Shown here in pieces: positions 9,004-18,910 of a stretch of DNA of 32,740 bases. The translations under genes were made by a program, and so were the position numbers. Each line of letters opens with the position of its first letter. Position 1 is the first letter of the stretch. The DNA comes from a virus. Lineage: Duplodnaviria > Caudoviricetes. The notes under the pieces were generated by a model. The model did no database searches. It saw only the letters and a program-made list of their open reading frames with translations, and was not told where the DNA came from. Where the stretch lies: IMG/VR virus record IMGVR_UViG_3300034777_000465, positions 1 through 32,740 of that record; one strand, written 5' to 3'.

Positions 9004-9043
9004 GCCCCCAGTGCCGGTTTAAGCAGTACCGGCCAGGGGCTTT
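9004..9043 (+). terminator. GC-rich stem-loop after the OMP gene
   Basis: gcccc..gccggt / accggc..ggggc with a short T tract. Confidence 0.45.
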
Positions 9044-9055
9044 CGAGGCCAAAAG

Positions 9056-9310
9056 ATGATACCCAATTACATTACTGAGTGGCTCATAGGAATAGGTGCC
9101 AGACCTATTGATTTAGTCTTTATCTTTATTCTTGTTTCAGTGCGATGGCATGACATGCGAGAGATAAAAAGATTGAGGCACATGGTCACTCAGCATGACA
9201 AACTAATATTAGTCCAAGCATGGTTATTAAAAATAAAGCTGGGCATTAATACAGTAAATGTGCATCGCACTGGTGACTATGAAATAGTCAACCCATTAAA
9301 CAATGACTGA
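9056..9310 (+). CDS. Small membrane protein
   Basis: Hydrophobic IDLVFIFILVSV segment. Confidence 0.5.
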   Translation: MIPNYITEWLIGIGARPIDLVFIFILVSVRWHDMREIKRLRHMVTQHDKLILVQAWLLKIKLGINTVNVHRTGDYEIVNPLNND

Positions 9311-9698
9311 TTTTCACAAATCAAAGGAATGGAAAAATCTATCAAAAGACTTTAAAACATTAAAGTGTGTTGATTGCGGGAAAACTGAAGATATTGAGGC
9401 AGGGCATATACTACCCGCCAGCCGCTTTAAAATGTCTCGATTATGGAAGTCTAACCTGGTGGCACAATGTCGCTCATGCAATGCAAAGCTGGGAAATAAG
9501 ATACACTGGGGATATAAAGCAATAAAATTACTGAGCATCTATGCAATGATTAAATTACTAAAATACTCAGCCAGCCTAATTATTATTTCTATCATTATTA
9601 GATTTGTTTATTTAGATATTACCCGCAATGGGTCAACCATTATAAACCAGATGGAATATGATTTATTTACTTTTATTGATTCGCTGAATCTTTCTTAA
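9303..9698 (+). CDS. HNH endonuclease with a C-terminal transmembrane segment
   Basis: CVDCG..EAGHI..NLVAQCRSCN, followed by SLIIISIIIRFVYL. Confidence 0.75.
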   Translation: MTDFHKSKEWKNLSKDFKTLKCVDCGKTEDIEAGHILPASRFKMSRLWKSNLVAQCRSCNAKLGNKIHWGYKAIKLLSIYAMIKLLKYSASLIIISIIIRFVYLDITRNGSTIINQMEYDLFTFIDSLNLS

Positions 9699-9971
9699 AT
9701 AAGCAGCTTTTCTATCATTCAGCTGATTTATATGCAGCTTTTGTGAATCGCTTAGAGTTTGTATTACTCTCAAGCGGTTGATGGCATCTTCAGCTTTTGT
9801 TATTTCATCTTCATAGTATTCTATGCGCTCAACCTTTCTAACATCAATCAACCTTTCAAAATCAGTAGCTTTTGCATACCGAGATTCTACAACACCACCA
9901 GCACTGGCTATAACAGTTAGCACAGCAGCGAGCTTTACGGACGTTGTACTTATGACATCTAATATATTCAC
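9663..9971 (-). CDS. N-terminal TM plus coiled-coil protein
   Basis: LAAVLTVIASAGG followed by a charged helical tail. Confidence 0.55.
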   Translation of the reverse strand: MNILDVISTTSVKLAAVLTVIASAGGVVESRYAKATDFERLIDVRKVERIEYYEDEITKAEDAINRLRVIQTLSDSQKLHINQLNDRKAAYLRKIQRINKSK

Positions 9972-9994
9972 AATATAACCGTCTTATTTTCTAG

Positions 9995-10375
9995 TTAAAT
10001 AATTTCTGTATTTTCATTATGTTCATCAGCTACAACTTCAGCATCAGCATCAGCTTCAGCATCAGCTTCAGCATCAGTGTTATCTTCGCTTTCTTCGTAT
10101 GATGTAGCATCACTAACATAATTTTCTGTCTTATAAAAACCTTGCTTTTCCAAATCAATACGAAAATTAATTAAAGTATTAACTGCCTCTTTAATCTGTC
10201 CTATTTCCTTCCTTAATGCAATTATTTCTTCTTCATCAATCCTTTTGATTGCATCATTTAGTTCTCTAATATCATTTTTTAGATCACTAATTTCTGTTCC
10301 AGGAAGGGCTAAAACCTGAGACTTTAGCAGCTCAACATCTTTTATTAATTCGTTTATTGCTTCGTCATCTATCAT
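9995..10375 (-). CDS. Acidic coiled-coil protein
   Basis: Heptad pattern; DAEADAEADADAE tandem repeat near 10037-10076. Confidence 0.55.
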   Translation of the reverse strand: MIDDEAINELIKDVELLKSQVLALPGTEISDLKNDIRELNDAIKRIDEEEIIALRKEIGQIKEAVNTLINFRIDLEKQGFYKTENYVSDATSYEESEDNTDAEADAEADADAEVVADEHNENTEII

Positions 10376-10411
10376 AATTTAGCACAGCCTATGTATAAAA
10401 TATTTTGATTT

Positions 10412-12898
10412 TTAAGATGTAATTAGTGTATATGAATCTGAGTTGCCATCCTTTAACTTGGATGACGATGCTGACAGATTATATACTGTAATGTTTATTC
10501 CTTTAAATGCAGCACCAGCATTACCGGAACTTCCAGTGCTACGATTTACTGTAGTATTAAAAGGAGTATAGTATTCGTTGGTATATCCGTTATTTGGTGA
10601 ATTTACAGCAAACCCGCCATCAGAACCTTTAGCATCGTAACATAGCACAGGGGTCTGGTTGGTTGGCGTATAAATAAATTCTGCCAAATCCCCATTACCA
10701 TCGCTTGAAAATGTGCCGTCAAATCCATTATTAAAGACGGAATTGCCGAAAGAAGAATATCCAATTTGTGCAGGGTACAACGCGCTAGCAGTACCGCCAG
10801 AACCGCCAGGTATACCAGAGCCGCCGCCGCCACCAGACACCGCTGCATATCTTATAGGTGGTGAATTTTGAAAAATATTACTTTCCGCCCTTGCACCACC
10901 GCCACCACCGCCAGCCGCAAATAGTTCCCCGTCTGTTGTGTATCCATCAACAACCCCATAATTCAGGTAAATAGATGTGGTGATTCCGTCTGATTGATAG
11001 CTATGATGGCCGTTTGTGCCATTATAAGAGTAGAGTTCATTTGCATCACCACCATCCCCGCCTTTTGCACTCCATTGTGTGCCTTGTGTACAAATTATTT
11101 TAATTGTTGAGCCTGAATCAAAGTTTCCAGCTCTCATCGCGTATTGGGTCGTGGAGCTTCCCATAGTCGCATTTTGTATAACAAATGTAATATCAACAGC
11201 ACCAGAAGGGGCACCAGCTCTATCATATAGATTTACATCAGAAACAACACCAGATATAAATATGGTAACAGGGCCGCCGCTTGGGTCTATCAGTGGTATA
11301 TAAGACAGTGCCTTAGCTGCATAATATCGCCCGATGCTATTTACAACGGGCTTCAGCTGTGTGATTTGTGCTGATATTCTTGCTCCGTATTCAGTGCCAT
11401 CTGGTAGCTGTGTATCTCTTGATACTATGTCAACAATGTCGCCCAAGCCAGTGCCTGCTAGCTTTCTTTCTTCAATATTAAAAGAAATTTCTTTTGGGGG
11501 GTCGGAAAATCTTTGTACAAATCTTAAGACCAACTGTGTAGCAGAACTATCAGAAATAAAACGGCATGGGTCAAATTCGTAGAGCTTGACCGAACCATAT
11601 AAGTCAGAATCTTCTTTAGCGACATCTGTATAGACTGTGTATTTTGTATAGTTTTCCTTGTCATCTGATAAGGCTTGCAAAGGTTTTTTGTGGGTAATAT
11701 AAGCTCTTGAAAATCGCTGGTTTGGGTTTGTTTTAATCTTTAGATTTTGTATATCGTTTACTTCTGACAATGTTCTGATTGCTTCTTTCCATGCACTAAC
11801 AGCCGACACTTTAACCTTTTGGGTGCTTTGATCTAGCCACATATCAACCATGTAAACTTGCAACATTTCATCAATTAAATCTATAGCCTCTGTTGGCTCT
11901 GTGATGATGCCGTATAGATGCGCACTAGATGACCATTCATCTATTTCATCGAACCATTGGGTATAATCAACATAAGAAGATAGCCCAACAGCGTCAAATA
12001 TTTCTTTGAGTGCAAGGGATAAGAATTTCTTGTTGTACATGACGCACTTCTGTACTGTGTCGCCTGCTTTGTGTTCGCCGGTATTGGTCGAATAAACCCT
12101 AGTCCCATCAGCATTAACTTTTCCGTTGCCCCTAGTTGATGTTGTAATTGTGTTGGTTGAAACTGAAACAACTGTGAATATTTCTTCACCAATCACAAAA
12201 CGATCACTAGCCGCCAAGTAAGAGCCATCACTAACGGGTATTGATGTCTGTGTGGCATTTATATCTGTCGTTAGTGTGACATCAGAAGGTGCTGGATATT
12301 GTTGCCCAAAAGCTTCTACGTCTCTCAAAGCGTCTTTGCCAGTTAATTTCAATTTTCCTTGTGATAAGTGCGCCGATTCAATGAAATAGGTGGACGTTGA
12401 TATTAGGTAATTAGTGTCATTTGTTATGCTGTAGTTATAGACCTTTAACTCTTTGCCATCCAGTATATTTCTTGCTAGCAGCTTGCCAAAAAAAGAACCT
12501 TTGTCGCTAAAATTAATTGGGCCGGGGTCGCCATCAAAGTCTTCCATTGTTAATGATATGGTTGAACGACTAGACATTCCTTTGCCCGGCTTGATTACTG
12601 GTGTTGACTCATTGGCAGAAGTGACGCATTTAAATACTTTGCTATTTAGTGGTGATTTAACAAACAAATTTAAGTAAGTTGATTCTGGCTGTATTGTTCT
12701 TTGCCCTGCTGAAGAATAAATTACTGTTGGTGCGTTTTGTGTGGCGAACCACAAATAATAACTAGTAGTGCTTTCTTCTTCACAAGTAATAGGAGTATGC
12801 CAAGTACCATCTATTCCATCTTTGGGCGTACATACGACACAAAACGGCAGTTTAAGCCTATAAACTTGGTACTGATTTTGTGAAAATTCCTCCCTCAT
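10412..12898 (-). CDS. Tail tip/hub and host-specificity protein
   Basis: 828 aa, last gene of the tail operon, Gly-rich C-terminal region (GGGGGG, GGDGG). Confidence 0.7.
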   Translation of the reverse strand: MREEFSQNQYQVYRLKLPFCVVCTPKDGIDGTWHTPITCEEESTTSYYLWFATQNAPTVIYSSAGQRTIQPESTYLNLFVKSPLNSKVFKCVTSANESTPVIKPGKGMSSRSTISLTMEDFDGDPGPINFSDKGSFFGKLLARNILDGKELKVYNYSITNDTNYLISTSTYFIESAHLSQGKLKLTGKDALRDVEAFGQQYPAPSDVTLTTDINATQTSIPVSDGSYLAASDRFVIGEEIFTVVSVSTNTITTSTRGNGKVNADGTRVYSTNTGEHKAGDTVQKCVMYNKKFLSLALKEIFDAVGLSSYVDYTQWFDEIDEWSSSAHLYGIITEPTEAIDLIDEMLQVYMVDMWLDQSTQKVKVSAVSAWKEAIRTLSEVNDIQNLKIKTNPNQRFSRAYITHKKPLQALSDDKENYTKYTVYTDVAKEDSDLYGSVKLYEFDPCRFISDSSATQLVLRFVQRFSDPPKEISFNIEERKLAGTGLGDIVDIVSRDTQLPDGTEYGARISAQITQLKPVVNSIGRYYAAKALSYIPLIDPSGGPVTIFISGVVSDVNLYDRAGAPSGAVDITFVIQNATMGSSTTQYAMRAGNFDSGSTIKIICTQGTQWSAKGGDGGDANELYSYNGTNGHHSYQSDGITTSIYLNYGVVDGYTTDGELFAAGGGGGGARAESNIFQNSPPIRYAAVSGGGGGSGIPGGSGGTASALYPAQIGYSSFGNSVFNNGFDGTFSSDGNGDLAEFIYTPTNQTPVLCYDAKGSDGGFAVNSPNNGYTNEYYTPFNTTVNRSTGSSGNAGAAFKGINITVYNLSASSSKLKDGNSDSYTLITS

Positions 12899-13647
12899 AG
12901 AATCATTCCTTTAGAGTAGGCATCAAAATTAAAACCAGAAACGCCAAGCAACCTGGTAGAACCATGCGCCTTTGTTTCTAATGGTTTAATATTAAAGCCA
13001 GCACAAGAGTGCAACGGGTCATCATCTTCTAATATATAGAATGTTGACGTAGTGGCAAAATCTAAAAAATCATAGTAATCACTATAATTAGCCATTAATT
13101 TATTAGGAATTGTTAGTCTAGATTTTATGCTTCTGCCTTGGTAAAGCGTTGCAACTGGAGAGGCGTTCAAAGATTTGGCTGTTCTTGTTTCTCTATTTGG
13201 TATTGTCCACGGGCGTTTGTATCCTGACTGTTCGCCACCATTGGGGACAGTGTAATATTCGCCCATAGCAATCTCGATTAAAGCTAAGTTACCAGTCCCG
13301 AAAATTGTAACCTCAACAGCACTAACATTAGTTAAATCAAGTTTAAAAACCATAACTTGAGAATCGTTATAACTTAAATTATTGTTTACTACAGTAGTTG
13401 TTGTGCCGCTAATATTCGCACGAATCTGGATATTATTTTTTTGTGATACATTCCCAGCAATTGCAAGATAGCCAATAGTTTGAGGCACAGAAAAGGCAAA
13501 GTAGAAATTATTAAAATTTGGCGACATAGCTGTCGTGTAAACGCTTGAATAATCACCATCAGTAATTACATTAATATCTTGCGTTGTTGATGCTGGAGAA
13601 TCTGTTAGTGTCGCTAATGGTGCGACATTGGTTTTAGAAAGAATCAC
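12895..13647 (-). CDS. Distal tail-like virion protein
   Basis: Lies between tape measure and tail tip genes; beta-rich composition. Confidence 0.55.
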   Translation of the reverse strand: MILSKTNVAPLATLTDSPASTTQDINVITDGDYSSVYTTAMSPNFNNFYFAFSVPQTIGYLAIAGNVSQKNNIQIRANISGTTTTVVNNNLSYNDSQVMVFKLDLTNVSAVEVTIFGTGNLALIEIAMGEYYTVPNGGEQSGYKRPWTIPNRETRTAKSLNASPVATLYQGRSIKSRLTIPNKLMANYSDYYDFLDFATTSTFYILEDDDPLHSCAGFNIKPLETKAHGSTRLLGVSGFNFDAYSKGMIL

Positions 13648-15518
13648 GATATAACCCCATCTTGTTCTAATTTAGCTATATTATCATAAACTATTGATGC
13701 TATAGCCTCGCCATCTATTTCAAGCGTAATATTTTGCGCTATACCGCCTGCGCCGCTTGCATCTGTTGTTTCTAAGTTGGCACCTGGTGCCTGAGCTTCT
13801 TCAGACGCGGTTGGCCCTGGGCTAGCTGTTACTGGTGGGCTATCTGGAACAGGTGCAATACCGCCTCCACCCTTAGATGCAGACAATGTGCTCGCCAACT
13901 GTACAGCCCCCATAGCTGCCGCCGCAGCAGCCCTCGAAAAAGCAGTATATGGGTCGCCATGACCTAGCTGGTGCATTACAGCGGCACCTGTTTTAGCTAC
14001 AACTATTCCTGCCTCTATTGCTTTGTTGTCATTGAATAATAATGTGTTGGCAGCCATTGCGACCGATATACCATTGTTAATATTTGTATTTTTCCGAGCC
14101 GTAAGTTTATCGTTGGCTTTGCTTTCACCTTCTGAATTTTTTATTACAAGTTTATTTTGTTTGGTGCTTTTCTTTTCTTCATCCTCGATCTGCTTCATTC
14201 TTGCTTGATGGTCTTTTGCATAGCCTTCACGCTTAGCAGTTGCCGCTTCTTGCTCTGCATAAAACTTCTCTAATATTGCTTCCTTTTCTCGCTCTATTCT
14301 TTCAATCTCTAAATCACTTGCCTCATCCCTTGCTGCTATCTCTTCATTGATAGCATCAAGTGCCGCTTGGGCACCTTCTGTGTCACCATCAAGGCCTAAA
14401 AAATCTAAGCCTTCTTGCATCTTCAGATTTGCTTCCGCAATCAATATTTGTATTTCATCTAAAATATCATTGAAAAACTCTACAGCTTGCAATCCGCCTT
14501 GCTTGAGGTGCAGGGGCATAGTCAATGAAAATTCCAGCCATTGTTTAGACAAAGTATTAATTGTCTCTGACATGTCCCCCATAAATTCATCAGTGATTTC
14601 TAAATTATCACCAAATGCAGTAGCCCATGATTCGGCAAAGGTGCCATAAAATGAATTAACTCTGTCAGTGAAAGCACCACTAGCAACCTCGTCACCGATG
14701 AGCTTCATGCCTTCCCTGCTTGCATCAATAAGATCATTAAACGTATCGGCATACTCAACAACAATATGACCCATCGTATTACCAAACGTGTCAGACAATG
14801 CTGTAAATCCATTTGCCATTTCATCAAGTTTGGCTATATCAGTTTCGGTCAGCGCATTATTATACTTGTGATAATCATCTGTTAATTCTTTAAGCTTTGC
14901 GCCGTTGTTAGTTAGTAAAGGAATTAATTTTGTGGTATCAGAAGCCAAAGCTTCAAGGGCTTGGCTAACTTCTTCTTCAGATTTTCCAGCAGCCTCCATT
15001 TGCTTCACAACTAAGCCTAATACATCAGCCCCTGCCATTCCCTTTAGTGATTCACTAAATTTTATAGTCTCATCAATGCTCATGCCCATGTGATCTGCAA
15101 AATCCTGCATGCCACCAGCCCCGGCGCCTGTCATTTCACCGATTCGCTCGGATACGTCCTTTGATATATCGCCTAGTTTTTCTAGATCAATGCCGACTGT
15201 TTTAGTGGCTGCTGAATATGCCTGCGCTCTTTCAACAGACATATTCATAAGATCAGCATTGATCTTTAAGTTTCTGGCCTGCATTGCAATAGCACCAGCC
15301 GCCGCAGTAGCCGCCGCAGTAGCCGCCGCAGTTGCTTTAGCAATGGTGAATGTAGCTTTAGCGGTGGTTTTCGCAGTATTACCTAATGCGGCAAACCCTT
15401 TGTCTAGCTTATTTGAAGCTTTGCTTGTCTTATCTAATTTTCCTTTTACTTGGTCGAGGTCTTTGACAGCATTAGCAACCTTAGCATTCAATTCCAATAC
15501 GAGTTTTTCTGTAGCCAT
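13644..15518 (-). CDS. Tail tape measure protein
   Basis: Ala-rich helical protein (MATEKLVLEL.., EKLGDISKDVSERIGE) after the tail chaperones; start at 15518 preferred. Confidence 0.85.
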   Translation of the reverse strand: MATEKLVLELNAKVANAVKDLDQVKGKLDKTSKASNKLDKGFAALGNTAKTTAKATFTIAKATAAATAAATAAAGAIAMQARNLKINADLMNMSVERAQAYSAATKTVGIDLEKLGDISKDVSERIGEMTGAGAGGMQDFADHMGMSIDETIKFSESLKGMAGADVLGLVVKQMEAAGKSEEEVSQALEALASDTTKLIPLLTNNGAKLKELTDDYHKYNNALTETDIAKLDEMANGFTALSDTFGNTMGHIVVEYADTFNDLIDASREGMKLIGDEVASGAFTDRVNSFYGTFAESWATAFGDNLEITDEFMGDMSETINTLSKQWLEFSLTMPLHLKQGGLQAVEFFNDILDEIQILIAEANLKMQEGLDFLGLDGDTEGAQAALDAINEEIAARDEASDLEIERIEREKEAILEKFYAEQEAATAKREGYAKDHQARMKQIEDEEKKSTKQNKLVIKNSEGESKANDKLTARKNTNINNGISVAMAANTLLFNDNKAIEAGIVVAKTGAAVMHQLGHGDPYTAFSRAAAAAAMGAVQLASTLSASKGGGGIAPVPDSPPVTASPGPTASEEAQAPGANLETTDASGAGGIAQNITLEIDGEAIASIVYDNIAKLEQDGVIS

Positions 15519-15520
15519 GT

Positions 15521-15733
15521 TTACACCATAAGCCAATTATAAGAAGCACCGTTTTGCAGCCGCTTATAATTCAACATGAGAGAGAGATCTTGTTTTGTTT
15601 CTAGTTTGAGGTCTAGCAGTTTGAAGCATTCGAGCAAGTCTAAGTTCCACGCCTCAGATGGCGCAATACCTACATCCTTCACCAGCTTTGTATAAAATGC
15701 CCAAAAATCAACAGTAAGAGCATCAGGGGACAT
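15521..15733 (-). CDS. Tail assembly chaperone, C-terminal (gpT-like) part, reached by -1 frameshift
   Basis: GIAPSEAWNL motif; its frame is open back to the slippery site of the upstream ORF. Confidence 0.75.
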   Translation of the reverse strand: MSPDALTVDFWAFYTKLVKDVGIAPSEAWNLDLLECFKLLDLKLETKQDLSLMLNYKRLQNGASYNWLMV

Positions 15734-15762
15734 AACTTTTATAAGCCCTTCAAATCTACAGG

Positions 15763-16143
15763 TTACTTTTTTTTTTCTGTTATTTCGTTATATATCTGCG
15801 AATACTCGCCAGCAAACTTTGCTAACACAAACGTCCACGGCTCTGATAAATCACCATCGCGATCTGTAGGCATCCAATCCACCCTAAACATTGCATCTTC
15901 TAGCTCTTCCTTGGTTATGCTTTTATCAGTAACACAATCGAATATATCCAAAGCCACCAAAAACGGTACAGCTTTTGCAATATTAGACATTTGCACAGCA
16001 ACACCCAGCTCAGCCGATTCAGCAGAGGCAATAATGGTTTCGCCAATATAATAGCCTAAAGAATGACCCTGCCGCTTTAAAAATTCCCTATGGGCGGCAA
16101 GGGTAACATTCGCTTCATATTCCTGATAACAGAGCTTTATCAT
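15763..16143 (-). CDS. Tail assembly chaperone (gpG-like)
   Basis: Between tail tube and TMP; ends EKKK on an A10-G slippery run. Confidence 0.75.
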   Translation of the reverse strand: MIKLCYQEYEANVTLAAHREFLKRQGHSLGYYIGETIIASAESAELGVAVQMSNIAKAVPFLVALDIFDCVTDKSITKEELEDAMFRVDWMPTDRDGDLSEPWTFVLAKFAGEYSQIYNEITEKKK

Positions 16144-16565
16144 GCTGTTTGCGGAGTGCGAGTCACAATGCCGCTTGAGCTAAATGTGATTGATGTCATA
16201 ACAGCATTACCGTCTGTCGGCATAGCATCGCTCATTGCATTGGGAGTAAACTTTCCAGATAAAGTTTCACCTGTTGTGCCATAGACAATAGTGTAATCAT
16301 CCTGAGTGCCGCTGTAAGCATCAGCTCTGATAGCCTCAAAATCTGTGTCGCTGTTGTAAACAATAGTGCCAGCAGCTACCACTTGTTGTGACGTAGTACT
16401 ACCATCTAACAACTCAACAAAGCCTCCTGATGATTTATTAGTAATATCAACAACTGCGCCATTGAATGTAGTTGTAAACTCACCTTGTCCTACAATTTGA
16501 GTTCCTGCACCTGTACCTTTTTTGATGACACAAGTTGTGCCCTGAATCGCGCCTGGAGTAGACAT
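16140..16565 (-). CDS. Major tail tube protein
   Basis: VDITNKSSGGFVELL..., SITFSSSG; TP901-1-like tail tube pattern. Confidence 0.8.
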   Translation of the reverse strand: MSTPGAIQGTTCVIKKGTGAGTQIVGQGEFTTTFNGAVVDITNKSSGGFVELLDGSTTSQQVVAAGTIVYNSDTDFEAIRADAYSGTQDDYTIVYGTTGETLSGKFTPNAMSDAMPTDGNAVMTSITFSSSGIVTRTPQTA

Positions 16566-16566
16566 T

Positions 16567-16998
16567 TTAGTTCCTCACATAATTAATGGTAATGGTTTTG
16601 CTCATCCAGCTTTCACTTGATGATGCTGGTGTTAATGTTGAATCTTGTATAAATACATTCTCGCCATTAGCCTCAGCTATAGCATTATTATAGAATATAT
16701 TTTGTACATCTTGTGTCAATTGTATCAGCCTTAGTGTGCCGCGTGAAATGCCGCCAGTTTTATCATTCAATGGGACATATGCAGTGATCTGGAATAATCC
16801 ATTTTCTTCGTCAAATCTATCTTTAGCCAACGAGTCTATTGTTGCTGGCATATAGTAAACAGATAGCCAAGCATCCTTTCCAGCAGGGTCATATTCCATA
16901 TTTTCAAAAGCGACATCAGTAAGGCCGATGTTTGCTATCTCTGAATTGCTTATAGCGTCCGTCAATTTATTGACTAAAGCCTGATAAGTATTAATCAT
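16567..16998 (-). CDS. Tail terminator protein
   Basis: VAFENMEYDP..WLSV..GLFQITAYVP, plus synteny. Confidence 0.65.
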   Translation of the reverse strand: MINTYQALVNKLTDAISNSEIANIGLTDVAFENMEYDPAGKDAWLSVYYMPATIDSLAKDRFDEENGLFQITAYVPLNDKTGGISRGTLRLIQLTQDVQNIFYNNAIAEANGENVFIQDSTLTPASSSESWMSKTITINYVRN

Positions 16999-17477
16999 TT
17001 TTTATTGGCCTTCTTTATTCTTGCCCTTGCTTTTCTAACGCTAATTCTTACCATGCCGAAAGGTGCCTGCCTTGAATATCCGCGCCCATTAGATAGCATT
17101 TGATATGTTGGCGGCTTGCCTTTTTTTGCTGTGTTTGTTCCTTGATTTGGCGGCTTTGGGTATCCACCATATTCAACAACATCCGCGTATGACATAGCAT
17201 TAGTAAAAAACAATCTCTTTCCTAATACATTTTTTGGCATTCTGGCAATGCTTGATAGTGAGCTGCCGCCACTTCTGCTAGGTCTTCTTTGCACACCTTT
17301 TGGAGCGCTGCTTGATAGCGTCCAGCTATTGCGCAGCCTGCCACCATCTTTAAAATGTACAGGGGTTTGCTTAACAATTGCAGTTAGTGTTTTTATATAT
17401 TCCTTTTTTATTGTCTCATTGGAGTCATCAACCATGCTGTCTATGGCTTTAATAGCGTTACCCAGCCCTTTAATCAC
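16995..17477 (-). CDS. HK97 gp10-like neck/tail completion protein
   Basis: TPV...GRLRNSW, YADVVEYG, SRQAPFGMVR. Confidence 0.75.
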   Translation of the reverse strand: MIKGLGNAIKAIDSMVDDSNETIKKEYIKTLTAIVKQTPVHFKDGGRLRNSWTLSSSAPKGVQRRPSRSGGSSLSSIARMPKNVLGKRLFFTNAMSYADVVEYGGYPKPPNQGTNTAKKGKPPTYQMLSNGRGYSRQAPFGMVRISVRKARARIKKANKK

Positions 17478-17857
17478 TTGAGCCTCACAATTAGTGTATA
17501 GGCCAAAGGAATGCCGTAAGGCGAGCTAATATCCACGCTCACAACAATGTATTCTTTGCCATCAGTAGACTCTATAACATCGCCCTGCTTAATTTCTACG
17601 CTTCCATCGCAAACCAGCTCCATATCGCCCTGCTTAATCAAATCGTTATCAATGGATGATTTATCAATGTTTTTGAAGATAGCATTTTCTAGCTCAATGC
17701 TTTCCTTGGTTTGTGTTGGCGGGTCAAAAGGATTGTTGCCACCGCCTGTAGTTGTATACCTAGCCAGGCTCAAGGTGGGAGAATCGTTCTCGCCCACGGC
17801 CATGTAAGCCTTTGCTAACCCACGGGCCACCTTAGCAGCTACACTATTGGCACCCAT
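17474..17857 (-). CDS. Head closure/stopper protein
   Basis: IDNDLIKQGD motif, plus synteny. Confidence 0.6.
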   Translation of the reverse strand: MGANSVAAKVARGLAKAYMAVGENDSPTLSLARYTTTGGGNNPFDPPTQTKESIELENAIFKNIDKSSIDNDLIKQGDMELVCDGSVEIKQGDVIESTDGKEYIVVSVDISSPYGIPLAYTLIVRLK

Positions 17858-18378
17858 TACAAGTTAGCCTCATTATAAAAAAATTCTTCTCGCTGTAATC
17901 CGCCGCTTATCATGTATGGCTGCAACCATTGAGTCACAGCAGGTACTCTTGGTGTGGTTCGTGCGGTAGAACCATCTTTGTATTCTTCAGAATAAACGCC
18001 TTGAACATCAAATTTCTTTAATTCTTGGTCACCAGCAGTCTTATTAAAATCTGCGCCCTTATGGATGGCATTAGCATATTCTAACTGCGCCCGTTGTAGG
18101 TCAACAGGGATTGAGTCAGATGCCACTAAATAGCCATTGGCGTGTACATCATAACGAGGGAATATACCCGTTTGTGCCGGGCTAACTATCGTACCTTGTA
18201 GCCTGTTTTGATAAGACCTGACTAATTGATAATATGCCTGCCTTAGCTCTGTTTCAGCATGGTTTGAACTGCTATGTATCGTTATCCCCATATCATCAGC
18301 CATAATTTCGGCATCTGCCAAACTTATAAAACTATTTGCACCGGCGACAATGCTGCCGTCTTCTACAATTAATGCCAT
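17857..18378 (-). CDS. Head-tail adaptor (DnaT-like family)
   Basis: MALIVEDGSIVAGANSFISLADA, FPR, IPVDLQRAQLE. Confidence 0.75.
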   Translation of the reverse strand: MALIVEDGSIVAGANSFISLADAEIMADDMGITIHSSSNHAETELRQAYYQLVRSYQNRLQGTIVSPAQTGIFPRYDVHANGYLVASDSIPVDLQRAQLEYANAIHKGADFNKTAGDQELKKFDVQGVYSEEYKDGSTARTTPRVPAVTQWLQPYMISGGLQREEFFYNEANL

Positions 18379-18390
18379 GTTTATTACCTA

Positions 18391-18582
18391 TTATGGGGCA
18401 GGAGCAAGGGCTAAAATACGTTTTAGCATTTCATTCCTGGTTAAATTTATTGATGAAACGCCGCCATATTCGACAATAATCTCGTCCAGCAGCTTATTTC
18501 TAGTCTTTGGCGTAATCTCATAAGGTACGGCACCAACAGAAATTAGCTCTGATATTTGGTCATATAGTTCGTTGCGTGTCAT
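18391..18582 (-). CDS. Small protein with three TRNx(L/M) helical repeats
   Basis: TRNELYDQI / TRNKLLDEI / TRNEMLKRI. Confidence 0.55.
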   Translation of the reverse strand: MTRNELYDQISELISVGAVPYEITPKTRNKLLDEIIVEYGGVSSINLTRNEMLKRILALAPAP

Positions 18583-18672
18583 TGGTTGGCCTTAGTCTGT
18601 TTTCCTAATTATATCAGCATACGCTATAAAGGCAAAAACAGCCGCTTGCATATAACAGCACTATAAATAGGC

Positions 18673-18702
18673 AAAAAAAAACCCCGCGTAAGCAGGGCTT
18701 TT
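18673..18702 (-). terminator. Rho-independent terminator after the capsid genes
   Basis: - strand gccctgc-ttac-gcggggt followed by a long T tract. Confidence 0.75.
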
Positions 18703-18714
18703 AGATTCCAGCAT

Positions 18715-18900
18715 TTAGAAAAAGCCTGATTTGCTAGCCTCTTCTTCAACCACCGGCTCTGGCGTAGCAGCCTTGGCAGCCTCAGCTTTAGGGTTCGGGT
18801 CAAACCGCGCATCAACAATAGTATAGCCTGCTTTGCGCAATTTAATCTTTTCCTTTGGCGTTATAGGATGCTTAACATATTTAACTTTTTTATCAGCCAA
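18715..18900 (-). CDS. Small head-associated protein
   Basis: TTG start with RBS ggaggtg; YVKHPITPKEK..IVDARF; follows the MCP gene. Confidence 0.6.
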   Translation of the reverse strand: MADKKVKYVKHPITPKEKIKLRKAGYTIVDARFDPNPKAEAAKAATPEPVVEEEASKSGFF

Positions 18901-18910
18901 GAATCACCTC

